A DNA stretch of 64,000 nucleotides from Planctomyces sp. SH-PL62. Lineage in GTDB: Bacteria > Planctomycetota > Planctomycetia > Planctomycetales > Planctomycetaceae. Location: assembly GCA_945893045.1 (NCBI GenBank), contig CAMDEA010000004.1, forward strand, positions 40,717 to 104,716. Direction: 5' to 3'. A model generated the notes under the pieces. It made no database searches. It saw only the letters and a program-made list of their open reading frames with translations, and was not told the origin of the DNA. Numbering within the stretch: position 1 is the first letter of the stretch; each line of letters starts with the position of its first letter. The position numbers were made by a program, and so were the translations under genes. Positions 9,733-17,950 of the stretch are shown one piece after another.

Positions 9733-10800
9733 TCAGCAGACGTTGGCAACGGCGTAGCCTCGTTGCGCACTGGCACGCCCGATACCGAGAGCCTCTTTCA
9801 AGGCGAAATCTTTTTTCAGCAGGTTGGTTTCCTGTTCGAGTTGTCGAGCCGATTCCGCTCCGAGACGTGCCGCAAAGGCCGCCGGCGAGGCCGGAAATGG
9901 GAAGTCGCTGCCATGCAGTAACCGACTGCGAACCAGCTCTTCGTGCTCCAGCAGACGACCGAAGTCGCGGACTCGACCGAGGGTGCCCAGCACCGAAGTG
10001 TCGCCCCAGAGTTTCGGATAACGCTTCAGCAACGCCACGAACTCCGGGAGTTGATCCGGGGTGTCCGTGATCCAGCCGGTTCCCGCGTGACAGGCCACGA
10101 CGGTGCAACCTTGATCGAGAGCCAGCTCCAAGCGGCTCGGTGCGGCGAGGTGCTTGTCGATCACCGGAGCACTGTGCTCATGACCGGTGTGAACCAGGAC
10201 CACCATGTTGAGTTCACAGCAGCAGCGGAAAAACTGCGCGTGTTTGCGGTCGGCGATATTCACTCCTTGCGTCGGCGGATGGATCTTCAACAACCGCGCC
10301 CCTTTCGCATGGCAACAGGCGAGTTCCTGCAACGCATCGGCTCGTTCGGGATTGATCGACGGGCACGCGAGCATGGATTCGGAGTGCCGAGCCACCACCG
10401 CGAAGACGTAATCGTTCGGCACATAAAACGACGTGCGTGCCCAGTCAGGCTGGCCGCTGCGATCGTAGACCGCGTCTTGACCCAAGATCGCCACCTGGCT
10501 GAGACCGGACCCCCGCACCTGTTCCGCCAACACCTCCTCGTAGCGTGCGTCGATCGTCTGGCCCGGCACCTGCAGCCGCAGCAGGGCCAGCACGTAACGG
10601 AACTGCAAACCCTCCCTGATCGGCTGCGCAATTCGGCAACCGGTCCCGCCCTCTCCGACTCCAAACAGATGGACGTGGATGTCCAATGTTAGTGGCGGTT
10701 CGCAGGCAGCGGTCTCGGAAGGCATCAGCGATTGGCTCGCGAGCCAAGACGTGCTCAAGGCACTCGCCAGAAAGGATCGACGATTCAAGACGTTGGTCAT
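9733..10800 (-). CDS. Metal-dependent amidohydrolase (TIM-barrel, amidohydrolase_2-like) with Tat-like signal
   Basis: N-terminus MTNVLNRRSFLASALSTSWLASQ. Motifs LDIHVHLFG (HxH), LKIHPP, VLVHTGHEH, VVACHAG, LLHGSDFPFP. Confidence 0.8.
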   Translation of the reverse strand: MTNVLNRRSFLASALSTSWLASQSLMPSETAACEPPLTLDIHVHLFGVGEGGTGCRIAQPIREGLQFRYVLALLRLQVPGQTIDARYEEVLAEQVRGSGLSQVAILGQDAVYDRSGQPDWARTSFYVPNDYVFAVVARHSESMLACPSINPERADALQELACCHAKGARLLKIHPPTQGVNIADRKHAQFFRCCCELNMVVLVHTGHEHSAPVIDKHLAAPSRLELALDQGCTVVACHAGTGWITDTPDQLPEFVALLKRYPKLWGDTSVLGTLGRVRDFGRLLEHEELVRSRLLHGSDFPFPASPAAFAARLGAESARQLEQETNLLKKDFALKEALGIGRASAQRGYAVANVC

Positions 10801-10863
10801 GTCTCAACTCCGAAAAAAGAAACCAGAGGCACGCACTGACACATCGTGAAAAACAGAGAACGA

Positions 10864-11448
10864 TCAAACCGTGTCCCTCACGAGAGCCTGAGCCACCGAT
10901 GCAAACATCTGCTTGCGTTGACGCGGGCCGAGCAGATTCAGCTCGACAATGATGTTGGAAATCGTGGCCAGTCCCAGCAAACCCCAAGCGGCATCGCTGA
11001 CCGGCAGACGATCGCGATCACTCGCGTGATCCGTCCTGATTTGCCGCGATACCCGCTTGTGAAACTGACGGTACATGCGGATCAATGCGGCCCGCATCTC
11101 TTCGTCGTCGGTTTCGGCCAACGCCGTAAAGATGATTCGATAAAACCCCAACTCACCTTGATGCTGCGCCTCATAGGCCACCAGCCGTTCGACTCGCAAT
11201 TTGGGATTGGGGAGATCGACCAGGATCTGCTCCCACTTCTCGGCGCGGGACTGAAAGACGTCGTCGATCGCCGCCAGAAACATTCCCTTCTTGTCCGGCC
11301 AGAGCCGGTACAAGATGTTCTCCCGGACTTGGCAGCGCTGCGCCAGTTCCGCAGTCGTGGTCCGCCGATACCCCAGTTCGCTAAACGTCTGGCAGACGAT
11401 GGGCAACAGCTTCTTGCGCTGTACATCAATTTGGCTGGGACGGGGCAT
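10864..11448 (-). CDS. TetR/AcrR family transcriptional regulator
   Basis: HTH region KKLLPIVCQTFSELGYRRTTTAELAQRCQVRENILYRLWPDKKGMFLAAI. The track ORF starts at GTG 11481; I prefer ATG 11448 (MPRPSQIDVQRKK). It lies 63 nt upstream of the amidohydrolase on the same strand. Confidence 0.9.
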   Translation of the reverse strand: MPRPSQIDVQRKKLLPIVCQTFSELGYRRTTTAELAQRCQVRENILYRLWPDKKGMFLAAIDDVFQSRAEKWEQILVDLPNPKLRVERLVAYEAQHQGELGFYRIIFTALAETDDEEMRAALIRMYRQFHKRVSRQIRTDHASDRDRLPVSDAAWGLLGLATISNIIVELNLLGPRQRKQMFASVAQALVRDTV

Positions 11449-11463
11449 CGCGACACCTTGTCT

Positions 11464-11492
11464 GATAGAGTAAGTAGTCACTTACAATTATC
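11464..11492. promoter_or_regulatory. Candidate TetR operator (imperfect palindrome)
   Basis: GATAgaGTAAGTagtcACTTACaatTATC, with core GTAAGT-agtc-ACTTAC at 11470..11485. It sits 22-37 nt upstream of the preferred tetR ATG, in the region divergent to the PSCyt gene. Confidence 0.4.
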
Positions 11493-11599
11493 GGAGCAGA
11501 GACGATCCGTCAATCGCGGAGCCGCACGTCGTCCGCAATCAGTGGCTGGGCTCGATCGGCCGGATCTTTGCCTCACGGAGGCTGGCTTGGCGCGGGATC

Positions 11600-11720
11600 A
11601 TGGCGGCGTGGGTCGCGTCGAAAGAGAACCCGCTCACCGCACGCGTGAGCGCTGCCACCCATCGCGACTTCGACGAAACTATCTCGGCTGGGACGTCCTG
11701 CGCGAAATGTCCGATTACAC
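11600..11720 (+). pseudogene. Possible decayed fragment of a DUF1553 (PSD1) gene
   Basis: Translation gives AAWVASKENPLTARV. The intact paralogues in this window have AKWLVSPQNPLTARV and ADWITSPANPLTRRV. The next frame gives GWDVLREM against GWDVKHLM of the intact gene. Flanking residues do not align, so this is at best a short, deleted and frameshifted relic. Confidence 0.35.
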
Positions 11721-11806
11721 TGCGAGCAGTTCGCCAACAGACGGTGGCCGAGTTGTCGAGTCACTCGACCGACTCGCCGAGTCGAAACACATCAGGAGCA
11801 CTCGAA

Positions 11807-14194
11807 ATGAACTCGACTGGTCACAAGCTGCTCTTCAGCGCGTTGTGCATACTCTCCGGGGCCACCGGCTGGGCCGATGACCGCGTGAAGTTCAATCGCG
11901 ACATCCGGCCGATGCTCTCGGAGAACTGCTTTCCGTGTCACGGTCCGGATGCGAAGCAGCGACAGGCCGGTCTGCGATTGGATGTGCGCGACGAGGCGCT
12001 CAAGGCGGCGGAGTCGGGCGATGTGGCGATCGTGCCGGGAGACTTGAACAAGTCGCGGCTGTGGGCACGCATCAACAGCGCGGATGCGGCGGAAGTGATG
12101 CCGCCACCGAAGACGTCTAAGTCGTTGACCGCCGCGCAGAAGGGAAAGTTGCGGCAATGGATCGAGCAAGGTGCGACGTATGAGCCGCATTGGTCCTTCC
12201 TGCCGCTCGCACCGGGCACGATGCCAGCGGTGACGCGCGGAGATTGGTCGCGCAGCGATCTCGATCGTTTCATCCTCGCGCGGCTGGAGAGCGAGGGGCT
12301 TGTGCCGTCGCCCGAGGCGGCGAAGGTGACGTTGATTCGCCGCGTGTCGCTCGATTTAACCGGTCTGCCGCCGACGCTCGCGGAGGTGGATGCGTTCCTC
12401 GCCGACGACTCGGAGCAGGCTTATGAAAAGGTCGTCGAGCGATTGCTGAAGTCGCCGCGCTACGGTGAGCGAATGGCGGTGGACTGGCTGGACGCGGCGC
12501 GCTATGCGGACTCGAACGGTTATCAGGTCGATCGTGATCGCGAACTGTGGGCGTGGCGCGACTGGGTGATTCGCGCCTTCAATGACAACATGCCGTTTGA
12601 TCAATTCACGATCGAGCAGATCGCCGGCGATCTGCTGCCGGACGCCACGCGAGACCAGCGGATCGCGACGGGCTTTCACCGCAACCACATGATGAACGAG
12701 GAAGGGGGGATCATCGACGCGGAGTTTCTCGCGGAATACACGGCCGACCGCGTGGAGACGACCGCGACAGTCTGGCTCGGCCAGACCTTCAATTGCTGCC
12801 GCTGTCACGATCACAAATTCGATCCCTTCACACAGCGCGACTTCTACGCGCTGAAGGCATTTTTCCACAACGTTCCCGAACGAGGCGTGGGCAACTACGG
12901 TGCCCACATCCGACAGAACAGTCCGCCGTTCCTGAAACTGCCGGCACCGGAGGTCGAGGCCAAGCTCAATGAGCTGAACGCGCAAGTGAAGACCGTGACT
13001 GAGCAGCTCGCGGCGCTGACGGACAAAACATCGCCCGAGCACACCAAGCTGAACGACCAGTTGACCGACTTCAAGAAGAAAGTCGCCGCCGCTGAGACGG
13101 AGATTCCCACAACGCTGGTCATGGCCGAGTTGCCCGAAGCGCGCCCGACCTTTGTGTTGCTGCGCGGCGTCTACGACAAGCCGGGTGACCGCGTCACCGC
13201 GGCGACACCTGCCGTGTTACCCGCTCTCGCGGACGACCTCCCGCGCAATCGACTCGGTCTCGCGAAGTGGCTTGTCAGTCCGCAGAATCCATTGACGGCG
13301 CGAGTGACCGTGAACCGGCTCTGGCAGCAGGTCTTCGGCACGGGCTTGGCGAAGTCCAGCGAGGACTTTGGTGCTCAGGGAGATCCGCCCTCTCATCCGG
13401 AGTTACTCGACTGGCTCGCGGCCGAGTTCATCCGCAGTGGCTGGGATGTGAAGCACCTGATGAAGCTGATGGTCACGAGCGCCACCTATCGCCAGCAATC
13501 GCACCTCACGCCGTTGCTGCGCGATCGCGATCCTGAGAATCGCCTCCTCGCGCGTGGCACGCGATACCGATTGACGGGCGAGTTCGTGCGCGACCAGGCG
13601 CTCGCTGCGAGCGGATTGCTGGTCGAGAAAATCGGCGGCCCTTCGGTGAAGCCGTATCATCCGCCGGGCCTCTACGAGCAAGTTACCGCTGGCAACGGCT
13701 ACAACATTTATGTCCCCGGCAAAGGGGACGATCTCCACCGCCGCAGCCTCTACACCTATTGGAAACGTTCCGTCCCGCATCCCGCGATGCTGCTGTTCGA
13801 CGCGCCGTTCCGCGAAGCCTGCACGCTGCGACGACCGCGCACGAACACGCCGCTCCAGGCGCTCAACCTGATGAACGACACGACCTATGTGGAGGCGGCG
13901 CGCTTCCTCGCGCACCGCATGCTGCGCGAGGGTGGTGACACGGTGGAGTCGCGGCTCACCCACGGCTTCCGCCTGTTGCTGTCGCGTCCGCCGAGGCCCG
14001 CCGAGTTGGCCGTGCTCCGTGCTGCTTATGAGCGCGCCCGCTTAGATTTTGAAAACGATCGCGAGGCGGCCAAAGCGTTCCTCGCCGTGGGCGATGCAGC
14101 CTCCGATGCAACTTTGAATCCCGGAGAACTCGCCCCGTTCACGGCCATCGCCAGCACGCTGCTCAATCTCGATGAAGTCATCACGAAGGAATGA
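11807..14194 (+). CDS. PSCyt1 / DUF1549 (PSCyt2) / DUF1553 (PSD1) protein, planctomycete cytochrome-c-domain family
   Basis: The track ORF starts at 11600; I prefer ATG 11807 (MNSTGHKLLFSALCILSGATGWA signal peptide). Motifs: FNRDIRPMLSENCFPCHGPDAKQRQAGLRLD (CxxCH), RRVSLDLTGLPPT, CCRCHDHKFDP, NPLTARVTVNRLWQQVFGTG, HPELLDWLA. Confidence 0.92.
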   Translation: MNSTGHKLLFSALCILSGATGWADDRVKFNRDIRPMLSENCFPCHGPDAKQRQAGLRLDVRDEALKAAESGDVAIVPGDLNKSRLWARINSADAAEVMPPPKTSKSLTAAQKGKLRQWIEQGATYEPHWSFLPLAPGTMPAVTRGDWSRSDLDRFILARLESEGLVPSPEAAKVTLIRRVSLDLTGLPPTLAEVDAFLADDSEQAYEKVVERLLKSPRYGERMAVDWLDAARYADSNGYQVDRDRELWAWRDWVIRAFNDNMPFDQFTIEQIAGDLLPDATRDQRIATGFHRNHMMNEEGGIIDAEFLAEYTADRVETTATVWLGQTFNCCRCHDHKFDPFTQRDFYALKAFFHNVPERGVGNYGAHIRQNSPPFLKLPAPEVEAKLNELNAQVKTVTEQLAALTDKTSPEHTKLNDQLTDFKKKVAAAETEIPTTLVMAELPEARPTFVLLRGVYDKPGDRVTAATPAVLPALADDLPRNRLGLAKWLVSPQNPLTARVTVNRLWQQVFGTGLAKSSEDFGAQGDPPSHPELLDWLAAEFIRSGWDVKHLMKLMVTSATYRQQSHLTPLLRDRDPENRLLARGTRYRLTGEFVRDQALAASGLLVEKIGGPSVKPYHPPGLYEQVTAGNGYNIYVPGKGDDLHRRSLYTYWKRSVPHPAMLLFDAPFREACTLRRPRTNTPLQALNLMNDTTYVEAARFLAHRMLREGGDTVESRLTHGFRLLLSRPPRPAELAVLRAAYERARLDFENDREAAKAFLAVGDAASDATLNPGELAPFTAIASTLLNLDEVITKE

Positions 14195-14212
14195 CAGTGT
14201 TACTCGGTTTTG

Positions 14213-14452
14213 CAAGACGAGTCTTGTCTCTACTCCGAAGGAGTTGCGTCTCACAGCCCAGGGTTGTTCGCGAAGCGAGCTACCCTGGGAAAAACACCCA
14301 AACGGACCATGTACCCCGAAGGGGTTCCGTCACATGGAATTTCCGACGGCCGCAACCCCTTCGGGGTAGAGATTGCAATGAACTGCGAACCCAGGGTAGC
14401 CGCGATGCGCGGCAACCCTGGGCTATGTGGCACAACTCCTTCGGAGTAAAGA
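14213..14452. repeat. Compound palindrome: two ~105-bp multi-hairpin units in inverted (head-to-head) orientation
   Basis: Unit structure: TACTCCGAAGGAGTTG, 8 nt, AGCCCAGGGTTG, 13 nt, CTACCCTGGG, ~21 nt, TACCCCGAAGGGGTT. The left copy starts at 14227. The right copy (ending at 14452) is its reverse complement, with conserved blocks and variable linkers. A small hairpin caagac-ga-gtcttg (14213..14226) follows the stop codon. The element fills the intergenic gap between the DUF1553 and DUF1501 genes. Confidence 0.9.
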
Positions 14453-14494
14453 CAAATGTCAAACGATCAATCTTGTAACTTTTGAAAGACGCCC

Positions 14495-15916
14495 ATGACC
14501 GTTGAAACATTTCAGACCGGACTCTCCCGCCGCCACTTCTTGAGTGGCACCGGCGTCGGTGCCGCGGCGCTCGCGTCGTTGCTGAACCCGCAATTGTTCG
14601 CCGACACGCGCGCACCGCAGTTCGCGCCGAGAGCGCGGCGCATCATCTGGCTCACGCAAGCCGGCGCGCCATCGCAATTGGAACTGTTCGATTACAAGCC
14701 GGGACTCGCGTCGCAGTTCGACAAAGACTTGCCCGACTCCATCCGGGGCGAGCAGCGGCTCACCGGGATGACCGCCGGGCAGAAGCGCTTTCCCGTTGCG
14801 CCGTCGGTCTACAAATTCCAGCAGCACGGGGATTCGGGAATGTGGTTGAGCGAACTGCTGCCGCACACGGCGAAGTTCGCGGATGAGATGTGCGTCATTC
14901 GCTCATTGCACACCGAGGCGATCAATCACGACCCGGCGATGACGCTGCTGCAAACCGGCCATCAGATCGGCGGACGGCCCGCGTTCGGTTCTTGGGTGGC
15001 TTACGGACTCGGTTCGGAAAACGCTGACCTCCCCGCGTTCGTGGCGATGATCTCGCGACCCAGCGGTCCGACCAACGCCCAGCCGCTACACGAGCGCATG
15101 TGGAGCTCCGGCTTCCTGCCGTCGCGACATCAGGGGGTGCGGTTCAGTTCGGGAAAGGATCCGGTGCTGTTCCTGTCGAACCCACCCGGCATCACCAGCG
15201 ACCGCCGCCGCGCGATGCTCGATGATGTCGCCGCGCTGAACCGCCTGAAGTTTGCCGAATCTCAAGACCCCGAAACGCAGGCGCGCATCGACCAGTATGA
15301 AATGGCCTTCCGCATGCAGACGGCGGTCCCGGAACTGGCGGACTTGTCGAAAGAACCCGCGAACATCTTTGAACGCTATGGTCCCGAATCCCAGAAGCCC
15401 GGCACCTACGCGGCCAACTGCATTCTGGCACGCCGGCTGGCCGAGCGTGGCGTGCGATTCATTCAGCTCTATCACCGCGGTTGGGACCAGCACGGCGACC
15501 TGCCTAAGGGGATCAAGAGTCAGTGTTACGACACCGATCAGCCTACCGCAGCGCTACTGACCGACCTTCAGGAGCGCGGCTTGCTGGAAGACACGCTCGT
15601 CATCTGGGGCGGCGAGTTTGGTCGCACGGTGTATTCCCAAGGGACGCTCACGGCGAACAACTACGGCCGCGACCATCATCCGCGCTGCTATAGCGTCTGG
15701 ATGGCTGGTGCCGGTGTGAAACGGGGCCACGTCCACGGCGAGACGGATGACTTCAGTTACAACATCGTCAAAGACCCTGTGCATATCCACGATCTCAACG
15801 CCACCGCGCTGCATCTGCTTGGCATCGATCACACCAAGCTCACCTATCGCGTCCAAGGCCGAGACTACCGACTGACCGACGTGCATGGCCAAGTTGTGCA
15901 GGAGATTCTGTCCTGA
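14495..15916 (+). CDS. DUF1501 domain protein (sulfatase-like fold), Tat signal
   Basis: Tat motif GLSRRHFLSGTGVGAAALASLL. Further motifs LFDYKPG, LHTEAINHDPA, WGGEFGRT, GRDHHP. It is the canonical partner of PSCyt/DUF1553 genes. Confidence 0.93.
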   Translation: MTVETFQTGLSRRHFLSGTGVGAAALASLLNPQLFADTRAPQFAPRARRIIWLTQAGAPSQLELFDYKPGLASQFDKDLPDSIRGEQRLTGMTAGQKRFPVAPSVYKFQQHGDSGMWLSELLPHTAKFADEMCVIRSLHTEAINHDPAMTLLQTGHQIGGRPAFGSWVAYGLGSENADLPAFVAMISRPSGPTNAQPLHERMWSSGFLPSRHQGVRFSSGKDPVLFLSNPPGITSDRRRAMLDDVAALNRLKFAESQDPETQARIDQYEMAFRMQTAVPELADLSKEPANIFERYGPESQKPGTYAANCILARRLAERGVRFIQLYHRGWDQHGDLPKGIKSQCYDTDQPTAALLTDLQERGLLEDTLVIWGGEFGRTVYSQGTLTANNYGRDHHPRCYSVWMAGAGVKRGHVHGETDDFSYNIVKDPVHIHDLNATALHLLGIDHTKLTYRVQGRDYRLTDVHGQVVQEILS

Positions 15917-15978
15917 TCGCCAGCTTGCGTCGGCGTTGAACACGGATGCCGCGTGGTCTCGTCGATCTTCCACGTCCA

Positions 15979-16431
15979 CTACACCGCGACCTTCACGACG
16001 ACCTTGCGAACGGCCGCTGGTTGACCATCGACGGCGGAGCCAGGGATATGGCCGTCCTCCGGAAAGAAGATCGTAAAGCTCCCGGCCGGGACCGTTACGA
16101 AACTTCCACTCCCCTCGAACAGCGCGTAGTCGGCCTGCTCATCGTAGGGCTGCTTGATCGTCAGCGTCTGGATGTTCGCGTAGCCCATCTCCTCGACGCC
16201 GGCGGCGACGAACTGCACGTCGATGTATTTTCGATGAGCTTCCCAGACCCCTTGATCACGAGTCTTGGTCGTGTTGTCCTGCACGAGCGCGTAAATATGC
16301 TCGCCCTGAATGGGGATCTTCCCCACTGGCAATTTGGTGCAGTCGTTGTCTCGCAGATACTTCAGCGCCGTCGCGATCCGTTCGCCGAGCACGAAGTAAC
16401 GAGCCGAGTTGTCCAAGCGGTCGATGATCAT
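15979..16431 (-). CDS. YhcH/YjgK/YiaL family protein (DUF386)
   Basis: MIIDRLDNSARYFVLGERIATALKYL..GKIPIQGEHIYALVQDNTTK..WEAHRKYIDVQFV..GSFTIFFPEDGHIPG, a pattern typical of this family. Confidence 0.85.
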   Translation of the reverse strand: MIIDRLDNSARYFVLGERIATALKYLRDNDCTKLPVGKIPIQGEHIYALVQDNTTKTRDQGVWEAHRKYIDVQFVAAGVEEMGYANIQTLTIKQPYDEQADYALFEGSGSFVTVPAGSFTIFFPEDGHIPGSAVDGQPAAVRKVVVKVAV

Positions 16432-16601
16432 TCGATGAACCTTCTATTGGTGTTGTCGCGTGCCAGAGACCCGCTCACATTAACCCGAAACGTCGGCGAG
16501 GGCGAACGCTTCACCGTGTGCGGTTCGGCTGAGAGCATTGAATGCAAAGTTTCGATCGGCGAGTTACGTTATACCTCGCACGGCCATGAGTGAGATGTTT
16601 A

Positions 16602-16655
16602 TTTAACCGCTACGCCATCGGCGTGCGCGCCCACGCCGATGGCGTTGGGGTTAAA
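16602..16655. repeat. REP-like hairpin
   Basis: Perfect 14-bp stem acgccatcggcgtg (16612..16625) / cacgccgatggcgt (16632..16645) with a 6-nt loop, flanked by tttaacc / ggttaaa. It lies upstream of the preferred start of the serine hydrolase gene. Confidence 0.85.
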
Positions 16656-16730
16656 CAGGCAAACGTCTCATCGGAGGCTGTGCGAGCTATATGTCGAATC
16701 GCCGCACACGAAATCAACGGGAGACGAACG

Positions 16731-17891
16731 ATGAAAGTCCTCTGGAGCATCTTGGTCCTCTGGCTCATTCCGAGCCTGTTGCCGGAACTGCGAGCGGAAG
16801 TCCGCGCGGAACGACTGGCTGAAATTCCGTCGGCGATGGACGCGGCGGTGGCCGCTGGGCATGCGGCCGGTGTGGTGACGCTCGTGATGAAAGACGGAAA
16901 GATCGTCCATCACGCGGCGACCGGCTTCGCGGATCGCGAGCAGCAGACTCCGATGAGCAAAGACTCGGTGTTCTGGATCGCGTCGATGACCAAGTCGATC
17001 AGCGCGACGACGATTCTCACGCTGGTCGATGACGGCAAACTGTCGCTCGATGAGCCGGCCTCGAAGTGGTTGCCGGAACTGGGGCAGATGAAGCTCGCGA
17101 ATGGTCAGTCGCCGAGCCGGCCCGTCGCGCTCCGCGACTTGCTCTCGCATACGTCGGGGTTGGCGTTCCCGCCGCGCAAGCCGACCGACGGCGCGCATGC
17201 GCTCAAGGGCTACACGTTGGAGCTGGTGAAGGCTCCGCTCGCCTTCGAGCCGGGATCGAACTACGAGTACGGCTTCGGCATCACCGTGGCCGGTCGCATC
17301 GCCGAGATCGTCAGCGGCAAGCCGTTCGACGAGTTGATGCGCGAACGAGTGCTCGATCCGCTGAAGATGCACGACACCAGTTTTCATCCGGACGATCGGC
17401 TGCGAGCACGCATCGCCAAGACCTACAAGACCGCTGACGACGGTCACGGACTGGTTCGGACTCACAATCCGTTCTTCACTTCGGATGCCGGAGACCGCCA
17501 CATGACCGAGCCATCGGGCGGCTTGTTCTCGACGGCCAGCGACCTGGCGCAGTTCTATCAGATGATTCTCGACGGCGGCGTTTGTCAGGGACGACGCATC
17601 GTGTCCGAGTCCGCGATTGCCGAGATGACGCGGCCTCACAAAGCGGGGGGCAAGACGCTCAGCTACGGACTCGGCTGGCAATGCAGTCCGCCAGACAAAG
17701 CCGCGATCCCCGGCTTCTCACCGCTCGCGTTCGGTCACGGCGGAGCGTTCGCCACTCACGGCTGGATCGACCCCGAACAACGAGTCGTCACGGTCTTCAT
17801 GGTGCAGAACGTTCTCGTCACCGGCAGCGGCAGCATCCGCAATGCGTTTCACCAGAAAGTCACCGGCGCAGGAACTGTCAAAGCTCAGTGA
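16731..17891 (+). CDS. Serine hydrolase, beta-lactamase/PBP4* (class C-like) family, secreted
   Basis: The track ORF starts at 16590 and runs through the hairpin; I prefer ATG 16731 (MKVLWSILVLWLIPSLL). Motifs FWIASMTKS (S-x-x-K), YEYGFG, FGHGGAFATHGWIDP. Confidence 0.88.
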   Translation: MKVLWSILVLWLIPSLLPELRAEVRAERLAEIPSAMDAAVAAGHAAGVVTLVMKDGKIVHHAATGFADREQQTPMSKDSVFWIASMTKSISATTILTLVDDGKLSLDEPASKWLPELGQMKLANGQSPSRPVALRDLLSHTSGLAFPPRKPTDGAHALKGYTLELVKAPLAFEPGSNYEYGFGITVAGRIAEIVSGKPFDELMRERVLDPLKMHDTSFHPDDRLRARIAKTYKTADDGHGLVRTHNPFFTSDAGDRHMTEPSGGLFSTASDLAQFYQMILDGGVCQGRRIVSESAIAEMTRPHKAGGKTLSYGLGWQCSPPDKAAIPGFSPLAFGHGGAFATHGWIDPEQRVVTVFMVQNVLVTGSGSIRNAFHQKVTGAGTVKAQ

Positions 17892-17950
17892 GTCAGTGAA
17901 TGGTGCCGCGAGATTTCCCGAACGATTGAACCTGCGCAGGAGTCACGCGC

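Noticed and set aside
9700-9921. 73-aa ORF starting MEELADIDWNESADVG
   Set aside because: It is mostly antisense to the 3' end of the amidohydrolase gene. Only its first codons lie in the intergenic repeat, and it has no motif support.
14172-14478. Small ORFs across the compound palindrome (65-111 aa, both strands)
   Set aside because: They occur symmetrically on both strands because the DNA is palindromic. Their peptides are repeat-derived (TPKEL.., PGL..), so they are not genes.
15917-15978. Intrinsic terminators at convergent junctions (15917..15978, 9603..9732, 31058..31186)
   Set aside because: I found only weak 4-6-bp stems without U-tracts, which is not convincing. I therefore annotated no terminators.
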